From a virus (Duplodnaviria > Caudoviricetes), in IMG/VR virus record IMGVR_UViG_3300000510_000016, positions 1-64,000 of that record: a DNA stretch of 64,000 nt; one strand, 5' to 3'. The translations under genes and the position numbers were made by a program. A model generated the notes under the pieces. That model did not search any database. It was not told the origin of the DNA and was given only the letters and a program-made list of their open reading frames with translations. Shown here in pieces: positions 8,892 through 18,277 of this stretch; within the stretch, counting starts at the first letter, position 1, and every line of letters begins with the position of its first letter.

Positions 8892-10925
8892 TTATCTTGG
8901 AAAGGTTGCAGGTAGCTCATGCTCTTCTGTACGCCTAATATTGCCTTTCTCATCAAAGAAGTTAAAAGTCATTTTAGTAGGTGTTTGGTTTTGGTTGTAA
9001 TAACTAGGGTTGCTTAGAGTAGGCGTTGATGCTAAACCGTTTTGATTGTTACCTAGTATTATGTCTCTAAGTGCCGCACCTGCATTGTAAGCATCTCCAT
9101 AAGAGGATTGCTTTCCTATGCTAGCTAATGTACTAGATGCACTAGAGAAAACAGAAGTAGATTTATTCTTAAACATCTCTGCTGTACCCATAAAACCTTC
9201 ATCAGCCATTGCACCACTTTTCATGAATGCCTCTAACCAACGAAGTTCAGCAACTAAAATCTTAACTTTCAACAGAGCTTTTTCTGCTAACAAAGCCATC
9301 GTATCAAATATAGTCCAATTGCCTTTTTCTTTCTCGTCTAGCTGTTTTCCTAGTTGACTAAGAGCTTTGATAACTAAATAAATAACAGTTAACCAACCAC
9401 CAAACCTAAGTATGATTGCTTTAAGTCTTTGTCCGAAAACACCTTTAAATAATTCACCTAAAGCCCTAGTGATTTTACCACCTGCTTGTAGTACAATGAA
9501 TGCCCGTTGAGCGCCTAGCTTGACAGCGTTAAATCTAAGTAGTAATAACGACAAGCCTAATATTAAAGCGCCATTACCCATTGTGAACTTGTCAATCTGC
9601 TTCTTAAGATTACCAATAGTGGTAACTAGATACTTAATTGATTTTGCAACATATCCAACTTCTTTAACAAGCTCTGTTAGTAGTCCAAATACTTTTCCTA
9701 GCCATTCATCAAGACCACTATCCATTATCTCTTTGGATGTTATGCTTAATTGGTTAAACATCTGCCCTTGCTTGACAATAGAAGATTCCATCATCTTAGC
9801 GTAAGCACCAGAATCGTGTGCTAAGTCTTGAACCATCTTAGCCATTACAGGTAATACACGGTTAGGGTCTAGCTTACCATCTTCCTGTAACTTCTTAATC
9901 TTAGCCATACTCTTTGTATCGTATGCTTTCATTGCAGCATCATATACTAGAGTAGCAGGGATACCTCGGTCTGATAACTGGTTAATCTCTTCTTGTAACA
10001 ATCTGTTGTTACTAAACATCTGGTTAAAAGCCCTGAATATACCTTTTTGGTCATCAGCACTTGTACCCATTGACATCATAAATTCAGAGAACCCAGTGAA
10101 CATCTCTTTCTTAGTGTCTTGGCTCAATCCTTTAGCAGACATATTAATCTGAGCATAAGACTTACCAAGCTCAACAGATGATAAGCCCAACTTAGCAGAT
10201 TCTTCACGAACATATTTAAGGGTGTTAGCATATTCAGCTTGACTCTTAGAAGTCATTAGGAGGGTAGATTCCATTCGTGTTTGGTCACGAGCTGCTTCCA
10301 CCGTAGCTTTAGCTGCAAAACCTGCACCACCTGCTAAACCTAATCCTGCCATAGGAACGATATTACGCATGAATGCTGCTGCACCCATACCTGCACCTAG
10401 ACCACCTAGTCCTCCATTACCGCCATTTCCTCCTGCACCGCCTCCACCATTACCGCCTTGGTTGCGGATACGAACATCAATACGTGCATTAGCTCTTAGA
10501 CGATTTAAATCACCATTTAGGTTAGCTAGTGTACGTCTTGTTTGTACGATACTTCTACGGTAGGCATTCCAATGAGTTAAACCTGCTATTACAGAAGCAG
10601 TAATCTTACCAATAGCTTTAGTAGTTCTAGGCTGGTTAGTGGCAATACTGTCTAGTGCATTTCTTACTTTCCAAACATCACCTGCGAGGTTTCTATAAGA
10701 GCCGCCAACAGCTCTATTACCACCAGCGTTCTTAATCTTGCCCATAGATGAGCTAAGTTTATCTACTTCACGTCTTAGGTTTCTAAACTGTCTAGTAGCA
10801 TTCTTACCTCCACGAGTGATGTTAGTCATCTCGCTGCGAGCATCTGAAAGGGCTTTTTTAAATGTAACTAATCCTGATGTATCAACCTGAAAACCAAGTG
10901 TGGCAAACATTTTTGCTATTTGCAT
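8892..10925 (-). CDS. Tape measure protein
   Basis: 677 aa, Ala/Gly-rich and helical; QIAKMFATLGFQVD start; DQKGIFRAFNQMFS...EEINQLSDRG tape-measure motif; follows the tail chaperones. Confidence 0.9.
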   Translation of the reverse strand: MQIAKMFATLGFQVDTSGLVTFKKALSDARSEMTNITRGGKNATRQFRNLRREVDKLSSSMGKIKNAGGNRAVGGSYRNLAGDVWKVRNALDSIATNQPRTTKAIGKITASVIAGLTHWNAYRRSIVQTRRTLANLNGDLNRLRANARIDVRIRNQGGNGGGGAGGNGGNGGLGGLGAGMGAAAFMRNIVPMAGLGLAGGAGFAAKATVEAARDQTRMESTLLMTSKSQAEYANTLKYVREESAKLGLSSVELGKSYAQINMSAKGLSQDTKKEMFTGFSEFMMSMGTSADDQKGIFRAFNQMFSNNRLLQEEINQLSDRGIPATLVYDAAMKAYDTKSMAKIKKLQEDGKLDPNRVLPVMAKMVQDLAHDSGAYAKMMESSIVKQGQMFNQLSITSKEIMDSGLDEWLGKVFGLLTELVKEVGYVAKSIKYLVTTIGNLKKQIDKFTMGNGALILGLSLLLLRFNAVKLGAQRAFIVLQAGGKITRALGELFKGVFGQRLKAIILRFGGWLTVIYLVIKALSQLGKQLDEKEKGNWTIFDTMALLAEKALLKVKILVAELRWLEAFMKSGAMADEGFMGTAEMFKNKSTSVFSSASSTLASIGKQSSYGDAYNAGAALRDIILGNNQNGLASTPTLSNPSYYNQNQTPTKMTFNFFDEKGNIRRTEEHELPATFPR

Positions 10926-10973
10926 ATCTCTTATACCTTATTATTTAACCACAGTTTGAGTGTGTTGATGCAC

Positions 10974-11258
10974 CTACCTGTCACCCTTAGCCTTTTCTCT
11001 CTGATATTGCTCGTAACTAATAAAGTCTTCATAGTTTTGATATTCAATTAAGTCATGAACATCAGCTATGGTCATTTCATATTTAAGCTTTAATAACAAA
11101 GATGGCTTATCTTTAGTGCTGGGGTGAGCCATTACATTAAGCCACTCAATAGGCATAGAGTAGTTATCAATTAACTTCTTTTCTTCTTCTGTGTTTACCC
11201 TCGAAGACGAATCACCTGTTATTCTTTTGGTAAATTCGTAACGAGTCGTTGAAAAGAT
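10974..11258 (-). CDS. Tail assembly chaperone, C-terminal (GT-type) frame
   Basis: The track ORF 10974-11156 is open 34 codons further upstream (to 11258) in the -1 frame, overlapping the end of the upstream chaperone. Confidence 0.6.
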   Translation of the reverse strand: MFSTTRYEFTKRITGDSSSRVNTEEEKKLIDNYSMPIEWLNVMAHPSTKDKPSLLLKLKYEMTIADVHDLIEYQNYEDFISYEQYQREKAKGDR

Positions 11259-11611
11259 TCAAGGTAGTTTAATTTAATAACTTCAACAAATAATAAGATA
11301 AGAGAGTCATAGTTTTGAGCAAACTCATTATCGAAATCAATACGTGAGTTGTTTACTTGAACATCAGCTACCATATCAATGATAAGCTGTTCTACTTCTT
11401 TGGCATTCTCACCAGTTAATAGTTTAACTAATTGCTCTACTACTTCTTCATCGCCTTTACCTTCGTTAAGCATAAAACCAATAAAAGGAAATACATACTT
11501 AGTTAGGCGAGGTAAGTAAGACCATCCTGTTAAACCCTTAAAGGCGTTAATCATATATGCTTTGTCATTAAGACGAACTACTTTTTGACTTTGTACTTTT
11601 GTATCACTCAT
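11219..11611 (-). CDS. Tail assembly chaperone (G-type)
   Basis: 130 aa, just upstream of the tape measure; RIDFDNEFAQNYDSL..LFVEVIKLNY motif. Confidence 0.75.
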   Translation of the reverse strand: MSDTKVQSQKVVRLNDKAYMINAFKGLTGWSYLPRLTKYVFPFIGFMLNEGKGDEEVVEQLVKLLTGENAKEVEQLIIDMVADVQVNNSRIDFDNEFAQNYDSLILLFVEVIKLNYLESFQRLVTNLPKE

Positions 11612-11625
11612 TTCTATTCCTAAAA

Positions 11626-12300
11626 TTAATTACTATCTTGTGGAGGTAAGGGTTCTAAAGGTAATCCACCACTAACATCGAAATCATCTAAGCTATTAGA
11701 ATTGATATTTCTACTTGGTGTAATGATAGTACCTGTTTCTTCATTGATTGTTGATGTCTTATTACTTCCTGCATCTTGAGGTCGTGCACCATATTTACTG
11801 TGTATTTGGTTTTCATAATCTGTTGGTTGGTCTATAGAACGAACACCTGAGAACATAGGTTTAATACCAAACACCACTTCCCTATCACCTGCTTCTTGTT
11901 GCATACTTATTTCAGGTAAGCTTATAATCCAAGCTCTATATACACTAACAATCCTTTCATTCTCATGCACAGATAGATTAAACCAACCTCTACTCAATTG
12001 CTGCTTAAACGCTAAGTTTCTTAATACACTTAAACTTTTAGCTGTAGGGAGAAAGGTAACAGTTAATGTTCTTTGTTCTATTGAGTGATAGTATGTTGTA
12101 TAGTAGTAGTCAATACCTGTCTCTTGCCTTGTGATAACGTCAGCATTCAACGAAGATGATACAACGCCATCTAATGTTAATCCTGCAACAATAATAGCAT
12201 TCTTAGACGCATTGTATGTCTGTGTTTGTCTAACAGCGTATGGTTCTGATACGTTAAGAAGCTCTTTTGCCTTCTCTTTAATTTCCATTAATATACTCAA
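11626..12300 (-). CDS. Tail tube-fold paralogue (DUF3277-like)
   Basis: TYNASKNAIIVAGLTLDG...TLTVTFLPT aligns by eye with the tube protein. Confidence 0.6.
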   Translation of the reverse strand: MSILMEIKEKAKELLNVSEPYAVRQTQTYNASKNAIIVAGLTLDGVVSSSLNADVITRQETGIDYYYTTYYHSIEQRTLTVTFLPTAKSLSVLRNLAFKQQLSRGWFNLSVHENERIVSVYRAWIISLPEISMQQEAGDREVVFGIKPMFSGVRSIDQPTDYENQIHSKYGARPQDAGSNKTSTINEETGTIITPSRNINSNSLDDFDVSGGLPLEPLPPQDSN

Positions 12301-12318
12301 GACAGAACTCCTTACGTC

Positions 12319-12894
12319 CTAGAATAACTCTTTAAGTTTTTGTTCTGCTTGATTAATACCATCTTCTATCATTGTTTCTACATTAGTCAAGTCAATACCT
12401 GCTAACTCTGATAGTTCAATCAATCTTATAGTAGCTCTTAGCGAGGCTGTTAGCCATGTTGTCTTATTAGTCCCTCTTACTTGGAAACTAGCTCCATGAC
12501 AAATGAAAGACCATTGCCTAGCTGTTGATTCACTAAGAAACTCTGTGTTTGGTTCGGTGTCAAAGAAACACTCAGTAGCTTGGAATTGAGTACCACCATA
12601 GCTAGTTTCTTCTGATACACTGATAGGTATCTTTAGGTTAGAACCAGAACGCTCGTGTAGCTTCATAACAGTGTGTAGGAAGTCGTTAGATTGACTAACT
12701 TGTTCTATATTGAACGTAACTCTATAACTGCCATAACTATCAACGAAAGCTGTTTGCGAGCCATCCTGAGCCTTTCTAAAGGTGTTAATGCTTTCTAACC
12801 TTTCTATTGTAACGATAGTGTCTTTAGATAGTCCAACAAGCTCTACCCCAAAGACACGACATTTAACTGCTGATGGAACGTAGGAGTAGAGCAT
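12319..12894 (-). CDS. Tail tube-fold paralogue (DUF3277-like)
   Basis: SYVPSAV...GLSKDTIVTIE...RVTFNIEQVSQSNDFL aligns with the tube protein. Confidence 0.65.
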   Translation of the reverse strand: MLYSYVPSAVKCRVFGVELVGLSKDTIVTIERLESINTFRKAQDGSQTAFVDSYGSYRVTFNIEQVSQSNDFLHTVMKLHERSGSNLKIPISVSEETSYGGTQFQATECFFDTEPNTEFLSESTARQWSFICHGASFQVRGTNKTTWLTASLRATIRLIELSELAGIDLTNVETMIEDGINQAEQKLKELF

Positions 12895-12942
12895 GTTATC
12901 CCTTTATCTAGTTATGCAATATTTGCATGTTGGTATTATTTA

Positions 12943-13473
12943 TTATACCGTCTTCCACTTATCATCAATCTCAACACCTAACATTTCAAGTGACGCTTGT
13001 AGGTCAGGGTCTAATCTACCACTACCACCTAAGTATTGGTCAGCATTGGTGAGGACGATAATCCAATCACGTACAGAGGTATCAGCACCAAACTCATAAG
13101 ACATTGGGCGCTTAACAAAACACTCAGCACTGTATGCAAATGTACGGCTTGATTTATCTGCAAATGTACAAGTGAAAATACCCTCTAATCCGCTAGGGTC
13201 TTTATCGTCAAATAAAGCAATAGCAGAAAGGTAATCATTACTTGCTGAGGTTTGGTCTAAGTGAACAGTCATACGTAAGGTATTATCTTTACTGTGTGTA
13301 CGTACTGTCTCACCATTATTCAATGTCTTCTCTGACCATACTGCCTCTGGATACTCAATACTTACTAGGCTATCTTTAGCAAGACCACCAACGATATGTG
13401 AAGTATTTGATTCAGGGTGTGTAATAGCAATGACGATTGATGATGGTTTGTAACTTGCTAATTGACTAGCCAT
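12943..13473 (-). CDS. Tail tube protein
   Basis: Directly after the sheath; SYKPSSI...GLAKDSLVSIE...TVHLDQTSASNDYL. Confidence 0.8.
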   Translation of the reverse strand: MASQLASYKPSSIVIAITHPESNTSHIVGGLAKDSLVSIEYPEAVWSEKTLNNGETVRTHSKDNTLRMTVHLDQTSASNDYLSAIALFDDKDPSGLEGIFTCTFADKSSRTFAYSAECFVKRPMSYEFGADTSVRDWIIVLTNADQYLGGSGRLDPDLQASLEMLGVEIDDKWKTV

Positions 13474-13522
13474 TTATATTCCTTATTGTTTAAATATTTA
13501 AGATTGTTTTAAGGCTAATCGT

Positions 13523-14569
13523 TTAGGTGTAAACCGTACCTTCGATTGCATCTACGAATAAGATAGCACCTGCAAGACGGGCACGGAATGTAATCTTACG
13601 AAGGTATCCGCTAGCACGTTCTTGTGAGGTAAGTTTATTAGCGTCAGGAACTTGAATACTGAAACCATCGTCATTAGTGAGTATGTTGTTGTTGACAGCT
13701 TCATTAAGAACACTTACAATCTCAGCACGGAATAGCTCGATACTAGAGTTGGTGTAGTTTAGACGGTCTTTGGTATATAAGACGTTCCATACTCGTTCTG
13801 ATAGACGTACTTCTAACCAGATAGCACCTAAGATAACATGAATCTTTTCACCCCCTAATGTATTAGCATTACCCTCAATAGATGGGTCTTGTCCTACTTT
13901 CGTATAGAAGTGAGCATTCTTAGATTTAAGAACAGACATCTCAGTACGGGTGAAGGCTTCAGGAACTAAGCTAGTAAGTGATTTATGAATCCAAGTGTTA
14001 CTTCCAATGATTGCACTAGCAAAACGTCCTACCCAAGCTGCTTCAGGAGCTACAACATCAGGGTCTTTAGTGTGCATACCAATAGACTTGACAAAACCCT
14101 TAGCTTGAATCTTAGAGAAGATATCGGTTTCAGTAGCTTGTAGTAGTGCATCAGCTTTGTTGTTAGAGAACACATAAACTGCTGTTTCTGCTTCAATGTA
14201 AGTAGCAATAGCTTCTTTATCAGTGTCATCTTCAGCATCAGTGATAAGGAAGAACCAGTTATTATTAGCTGATTGTAGTTTAGCAATCTCAGCAGGGTAG
14301 TCTACACCAACACCTTCTGTAATCTTACCAACTACTACACTACGTACTTGTGGATTCTGACTAAAGACTCGTTGAGCAGCTACATAGGCATAATCAGTGG
14401 TTAGGAAACCATCTGTAATCATATCAGTGGCAGAGGTGTATTCACGGTACATTTCACTACCGAAGTTAGCGTGAACTGATAGGATAGCGATTGTCTGTAA
14501 ATCACGAATAGTCTTACTTGATGTTTCTCGATTAATGATTACATTGACAATATCTTTAATTTCTAGCAT
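13523..14569 (-). CDS. Tail sheath protein (DUF3383-type), main copy
   Basis: IVNVIINRET, AAQRVFSQNP, PEAAWVG and WLEVRLSERV...ITFRARLAGAI motifs; strong SD. Confidence 0.85.
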   Translation of the reverse strand: MLEIKDIVNVIINRETSSKTIRDLQTIAILSVHANFGSEMYREYTSATDMITDGFLTTDYAYVAAQRVFSQNPQVRSVVVGKITEGVGVDYPAEIAKLQSANNNWFFLITDAEDDTDKEAIATYIEAETAVYVFSNNKADALLQATETDIFSKIQAKGFVKSIGMHTKDPDVVAPEAAWVGRFASAIIGSNTWIHKSLTSLVPEAFTRTEMSVLKSKNAHFYTKVGQDPSIEGNANTLGGEKIHVILGAIWLEVRLSERVWNVLYTKDRLNYTNSSIELFRAEIVSVLNEAVNNNILTNDDGFSIQVPDANKLTSQERASGYLRKITFRARLAGAILFVDAIEGTVYT

Positions 14570-14620
14570 ATATTTACCTTTTGATGGTATTGGTTGTGGA
14601 GGGTATTTCTTTATTACCTG

Positions 14621-15670
14621 TTAATATTTCAATGAACCATTAACTTCTACTTCTAGGATTGTGTGTGTGAGGTTAGCTGTGAACTTAACTTGCAGGTTGT
14701 TAGTATTTCTATCTAACTTAGTTTCACCTATTTTATACTGAGTGAATATGCCTTGTTCTACAGCTATATCTAAGATATACTTAATCTCGTTAACCACTAA
14801 GTCAATACCACCTTGAGTAGCATTAATCTTATTTTGAGTGTATAGTGTTTTCCACACTCTTTGACTAATAGCCCACTTAACCCAGTCAATAGATACTTGC
14901 TCATAGATTGGTAGGTTTTGATTAGTCTTTCCAGAACCTACAACAGCCTTGTCTTTGATTACAATAGAGCTTGTATTACTTAGAGCAGGAATATCTTTTT
15001 CAAAAACAATATCTGTCTTGGCTAGATACTTATAAAGCCACTGAACGCTACTAGGAAATTTATTTCCACATAAAGCAATCCAAGCTGCTTCAGGATAGGC
15101 AAGCCTAGTCATTTGTAATTGAGAAGCTGTTGCCTTGTCTAAGTCTATAACCTCATATCCTAGCTTATAAGCACTGTTTATATATAAGTTGTCTAAGGTG
15201 ATTTTGTTGTCTGTTACAGAATCAGTAGGTATCGTACTTTGATAATAATGAACAGTCTTAGTGTTTACTGATGAGCTAGTAGGTGATGAATAAAACAAGA
15301 GTTTATAAGGTTCAAATGCTATGTGATTAGCAAAGGTATTTATAATAGTCTCATCTTTACTATCAATGACAATGAAGTAGTAACTGTTGTTATCTGCTGC
15401 ATCAAAAGCTTGCTGATAGGTTTCGTTACTTCTCTTAGCTCTAATAGTAATAGATTGAATACCCTCTTGAGAGAATACCCCAACACAGAAGTTATAAGCT
15501 AAGCTAGTTCGGGAGTAATTATTATCTAGTAAATCTTTTAGTTTACTTACAACAATTTCTCTAGGGGCTTCATCGTTTTCAGTTATGAAACATAGGTTGT
15601 AGAAAGCTTCACGTTCTAAACCTAACATCTCAATCGAAATATCTACATTTACAGGTGTTAAGTTTAAAAT
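14621..15670 (-). CDS. Second tail sheath-like paralogue (probable ATT start at 15670; first ATG at 15628)
   Basis: Shares PEAAW, DW....SQRVW..LYT..KIN.T..GI.L...EI...L..AV and NN.YF motifs with the 13523-14569 protein. The frame is open up to the TAG at 15680-15682. Confidence 0.75.
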   Translation of the reverse strand: MLNLTPVNVDISIEMLGLEREAFYNLCFITENDEAPREIVVSKLKDLLDNNYSRTSLAYNFCVGVFSQEGIQSITIRAKRSNETYQQAFDAADNNSYYFIVIDSKDETIINTFANHIAFEPYKLLFYSSPTSSSVNTKTVHYYQSTIPTDSVTDNKITLDNLYINSAYKLGYEVIDLDKATASQLQMTRLAYPEAAWIALCGNKFPSSVQWLYKYLAKTDIVFEKDIPALSNTSSIVIKDKAVVGSGKTNQNLPIYEQVSIDWVKWAISQRVWKTLYTQNKINATQGGIDLVVNEIKYILDIAVEQGIFTQYKIGETKLDRNTNNLQVKFTANLTHTILEVEVNGSLKY

Positions 15671-15679
15671 GATATTCTC

Positions 15680-16771
15680 CTACATTATCTTTGCAACAGT
15701 GACTTCAATGTTATAAATACTAATCTCTCGTTCAAACGTCTTTAGCCTGATTGTCAAACCATTGCTTGATAGAGCTGTATCACCATAAATCATAGCATTG
15801 AAAATAACCTCTTGAATCTTACTGTCACCACGTAAGGTCTTGTCTTCACTAAATGGAGTGTCTGTTGTAGCTTTACTCATACTGAGGTTGATTGTACCTG
15901 CTTTTGCTGAGGCAATAACTTTAAATCTAACACGGACGTTGTAATACCCATTGCTATCTGTCAGTAAGTATTTCTGCAATACAGGGTCATAAAACTTAGT
16001 GATACCTGTAGGCAAGTTTTCTAGCTTGATAGTAGCGTTATTAGGTAATACTTGCTCTGTATTTATAGCTACATTCATAGGTGAGATGTCAGTATATTGA
16101 CCATCTTTATATGTTCCCCAACCTTGTTTCTTAGGTGGCAAGGACGATGTTACAGTAGAGGCATCAGTGTTAGTAACTAAGATAGACAAGTCTTCGTTAT
16201 AGCTAATGCTACTTATCTTATTAGCTGAGTCACCAGAAGCGCCTGTTTCTCCCTTAATACCTTGTATACCTTGTAGTCCACGGATGTTAGTAGCATTTAG
16301 GATATTAGCAACAATACCTGTTCCACTTAGATAACCTGTGGTTGTGGGTTTAGTACCTGTTCCGCCAATCCACTCAAATAAGTGCAATACAGAATCTTCA
16401 CCTCTAGCCACTATCCTAAAGTTAGGAGACCAACCATTACTGCCGTTAATCCCGACATCACCTTTAGCACCTTTTAATGAGGTAATCCATTGAGGCTGTG
16501 TTCCAACAAATCCGTTCTGAACAGCTACTTGGTAAGCACTTAAACCGTCATTACCATTTGCACCATTAATTCCATTAGTGCCGTTCTTGCCGTCATTACC
16601 TGCAACACCTTGTTCGCCTCTTTCACCTTTAACGTTTGTAGTTAGCCAAGATTGGAAAACAAGCTTAGTCATAGCTCTAGCTTTACCATCATCAACTATA
16701 ACAAACCTATCGTTGTCGGTAAAGTCTACTTCATTCATAACAGGTAGGTCGTTTAACTTTAACTCTGCCAT
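15680..16771 (-). CDS. Collagen-like (Gly-X-Y) structural protein, possible neck/whisker fibre
   Basis: GERGEQGVAGNDGKNGTNGINGANGNDG and GLQGIQGIKGETG repeats; GLSAYQVAVQNGFVGT motif. Confidence 0.7.
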   Translation of the reverse strand: MAELKLNDLPVMNEVDFTDNDRFVIVDDGKARAMTKLVFQSWLTTNVKGERGEQGVAGNDGKNGTNGINGANGNDGLSAYQVAVQNGFVGTQPQWITSLKGAKGDVGINGSNGWSPNFRIVARGEDSVLHLFEWIGGTGTKPTTTGYLSGTGIVANILNATNIRGLQGIQGIKGETGASGDSANKISSISYNEDLSILVTNTDASTVTSSLPPKKQGWGTYKDGQYTDISPMNVAINTEQVLPNNATIKLENLPTGITKFYDPVLQKYLLTDSNGYYNVRVRFKVIASAKAGTINLSMSKATTDTPFSEDKTLRGDSKIQEVIFNAMIYGDTALSSNGLTIRLKTFEREISIYNIEVTVAKIM

Positions 16772-16780
16772 ATCTATACC

Positions 16781-17344
16781 TTATTTTGCCTGTTTATCAA
16801 TCACGATATTACCTGAATCAACACCTTCTGTTGTACTGGTGCTACCTGTTATGTTAACTCTATCTACTGAGAATACTTTATAATCTTCTTCTACTTCAAC
16901 ACGTAAAGTTAAGTCGATAATAGCTCTTTTGTATGGAACACCACTAATGGGTTGGAACTGGTGTAGTATATCTGTTGCTGAAACTAATGATAGACCTTGG
17001 TTAGTAAAAGCCCAATCAATCAAGTCGCTATGAATCCCATTCTCAAAATGTCTAAACCATTCTTGTGCAGGGTCATCTTTCTCAGCATGTAGTGTTAAGC
17101 TAAGTGTATATTCCTTTACTTGAAAGATATGCTCTTTTATATTATCTTTATTGTGTATTATACTCTTATATGGTAAGCCAATCTTTCTGTGACTAACTAC
17201 ATTAAATAATAAGTAAGGTGCACGAGGTTCTGTTTGCTTAAGCGTTGCAATAACAAATGTAAGACCATCAGGTCTTGTAATTTTGTCGTAAATAGGGCAG
17301 TCTGTGTCTCTAAGGGCGTATATAACTAATTTCTCAATGTTCAT
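16781..17344 (-). CDS. Tail terminator / neck protein
   Basis: Position after the head-closure gene; RAIIDLTLRVE C-terminal motif. Confidence 0.6.
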   Translation of the reverse strand: MNIEKLVIYALRDTDCPIYDKITRPDGLTFVIATLKQTEPRAPYLLFNVVSHRKIGLPYKSIIHNKDNIKEHIFQVKEYTLSLTLHAEKDDPAQEWFRHFENGIHSDLIDWAFTNQGLSLVSATDILHQFQPISGVPYKRAIIDLTLRVEVEEDYKVFSVDRVNITGSTSTTEGVDSGNIVIDKQAK

Positions 17345-17352
17345 ATAATCCC

Positions 17353-17751
17353 TTATGTTATGTTCTCAATATCACCACCAATACGGGGTATATTGGAATC
17401 ATTGTATTTAATTGCTAAAGACTCGCAATGTTCCCCAAAGTTACCGTATGGTCTTGAAACAACAACCTCCCACAAACCACCTCGATAGATAACAACATCC
17501 GCTTTTAGGGGCATACCTACTCCGCTTCTGGCAGTGTATAACCAGTCATTACTAAAGATTGTAATAGCCTCTTTATTTCTATCACCCTCTGGTAATAGTT
17601 GTGTTCTGTATGATGCCATACTAGGTTGTATATTAGCTTTGATGATAATAACCTCGCTAGGAGATTCTATGTATTCACCATCAATGTAGTCACCTTCACT
17701 ACTAACCCTTATAACTCTGTGAAGCTTCTTTCCTAACGTTGTAAACGACAT
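17353..17751 (-). CDS. Head closure / head-tail adaptor
   Basis: ANIQPS..LLPEGDRNKEAITIFS..L...ADVVIYRG..WEV. Confidence 0.65.
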   Translation of the reverse strand: MSFTTLGKKLHRVIRVSSEGDYIDGEYIESPSEVIIIKANIQPSMASYRTQLLPEGDRNKEAITIFSNDWLYTARSGVGMPLKADVVIYRGGLWEVVVSRPYGNFGEHCESLAIKYNDSNIPRIGGDIENIT

Positions 17752-17755
17752 TCTA

Positions 17756-18262
17756 TTACCTCACAGTGTTCATGCTTGTTCTATATACTTTAGATTTAAA
17801 GTTCTCAATCATAATGCCACTATCATCCATTTGATAACTGTGTCCTTTCTTAAGAACAGTGTAGCCGCTAAGAGACTCGAAGTTCTGTCGTAAGACACTC
17901 TCGCTATAATCTTTGACGAGTTCTACAGCTAGTTTATTTAAGTTGGTAATCGGATTTCTATTATGAACAACATCAGAAAATATAGTAGAAAGGTTGGTAG
18001 TGTAGTTATTTTTAGTCATTGCAATAGATTGTCTGAAGTAAGGACGAGATGGTATTGGTGGTGTTTGAGGCGTACCTGCCTTACCATACTCTTGCCAATG
18101 AGCTACTTGAGCAATTGGAATACCTTTATTATCACTAGAGGCAGGATAAATCTTACCGTCAATCCAGCCATATCTAATGTGTTTCTTAGTGATACCTTTA
18201 CAGGATTTCTCTAGTTGTTTTAAACCACTTATATCAAGTTTGACATCAACAGTGAATCCCAT
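17756..18262 (-). CDS. Tail completion / neck protein (HK97 gp10-like)
   Basis: IAQVAHWQEYG...IPSRPYFR motif. Confidence 0.65.
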   Translation of the reverse strand: MGFTVDVKLDISGLKQLEKSCKGITKKHIRYGWIDGKIYPASSDNKGIPIAQVAHWQEYGKAGTPQTPPIPSRPYFRQSIAMTKNNYTTNLSTIFSDVVHNRNPITNLNKLAVELVKDYSESVLRQNFESLSGYTVLKKGHSYQMDDSGIMIENFKSKVYRTSMNTVR

Positions 18263-18277
18263 AAGTATCTCTTTAGA

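Noticed and set aside
10369-10470. GGN repeat in the tape measure gene as a mobile or tandem DNA repeat
   Set aside because: Simply encodes a Gly-rich linker (GGNGGGGAGGNGGNGG).
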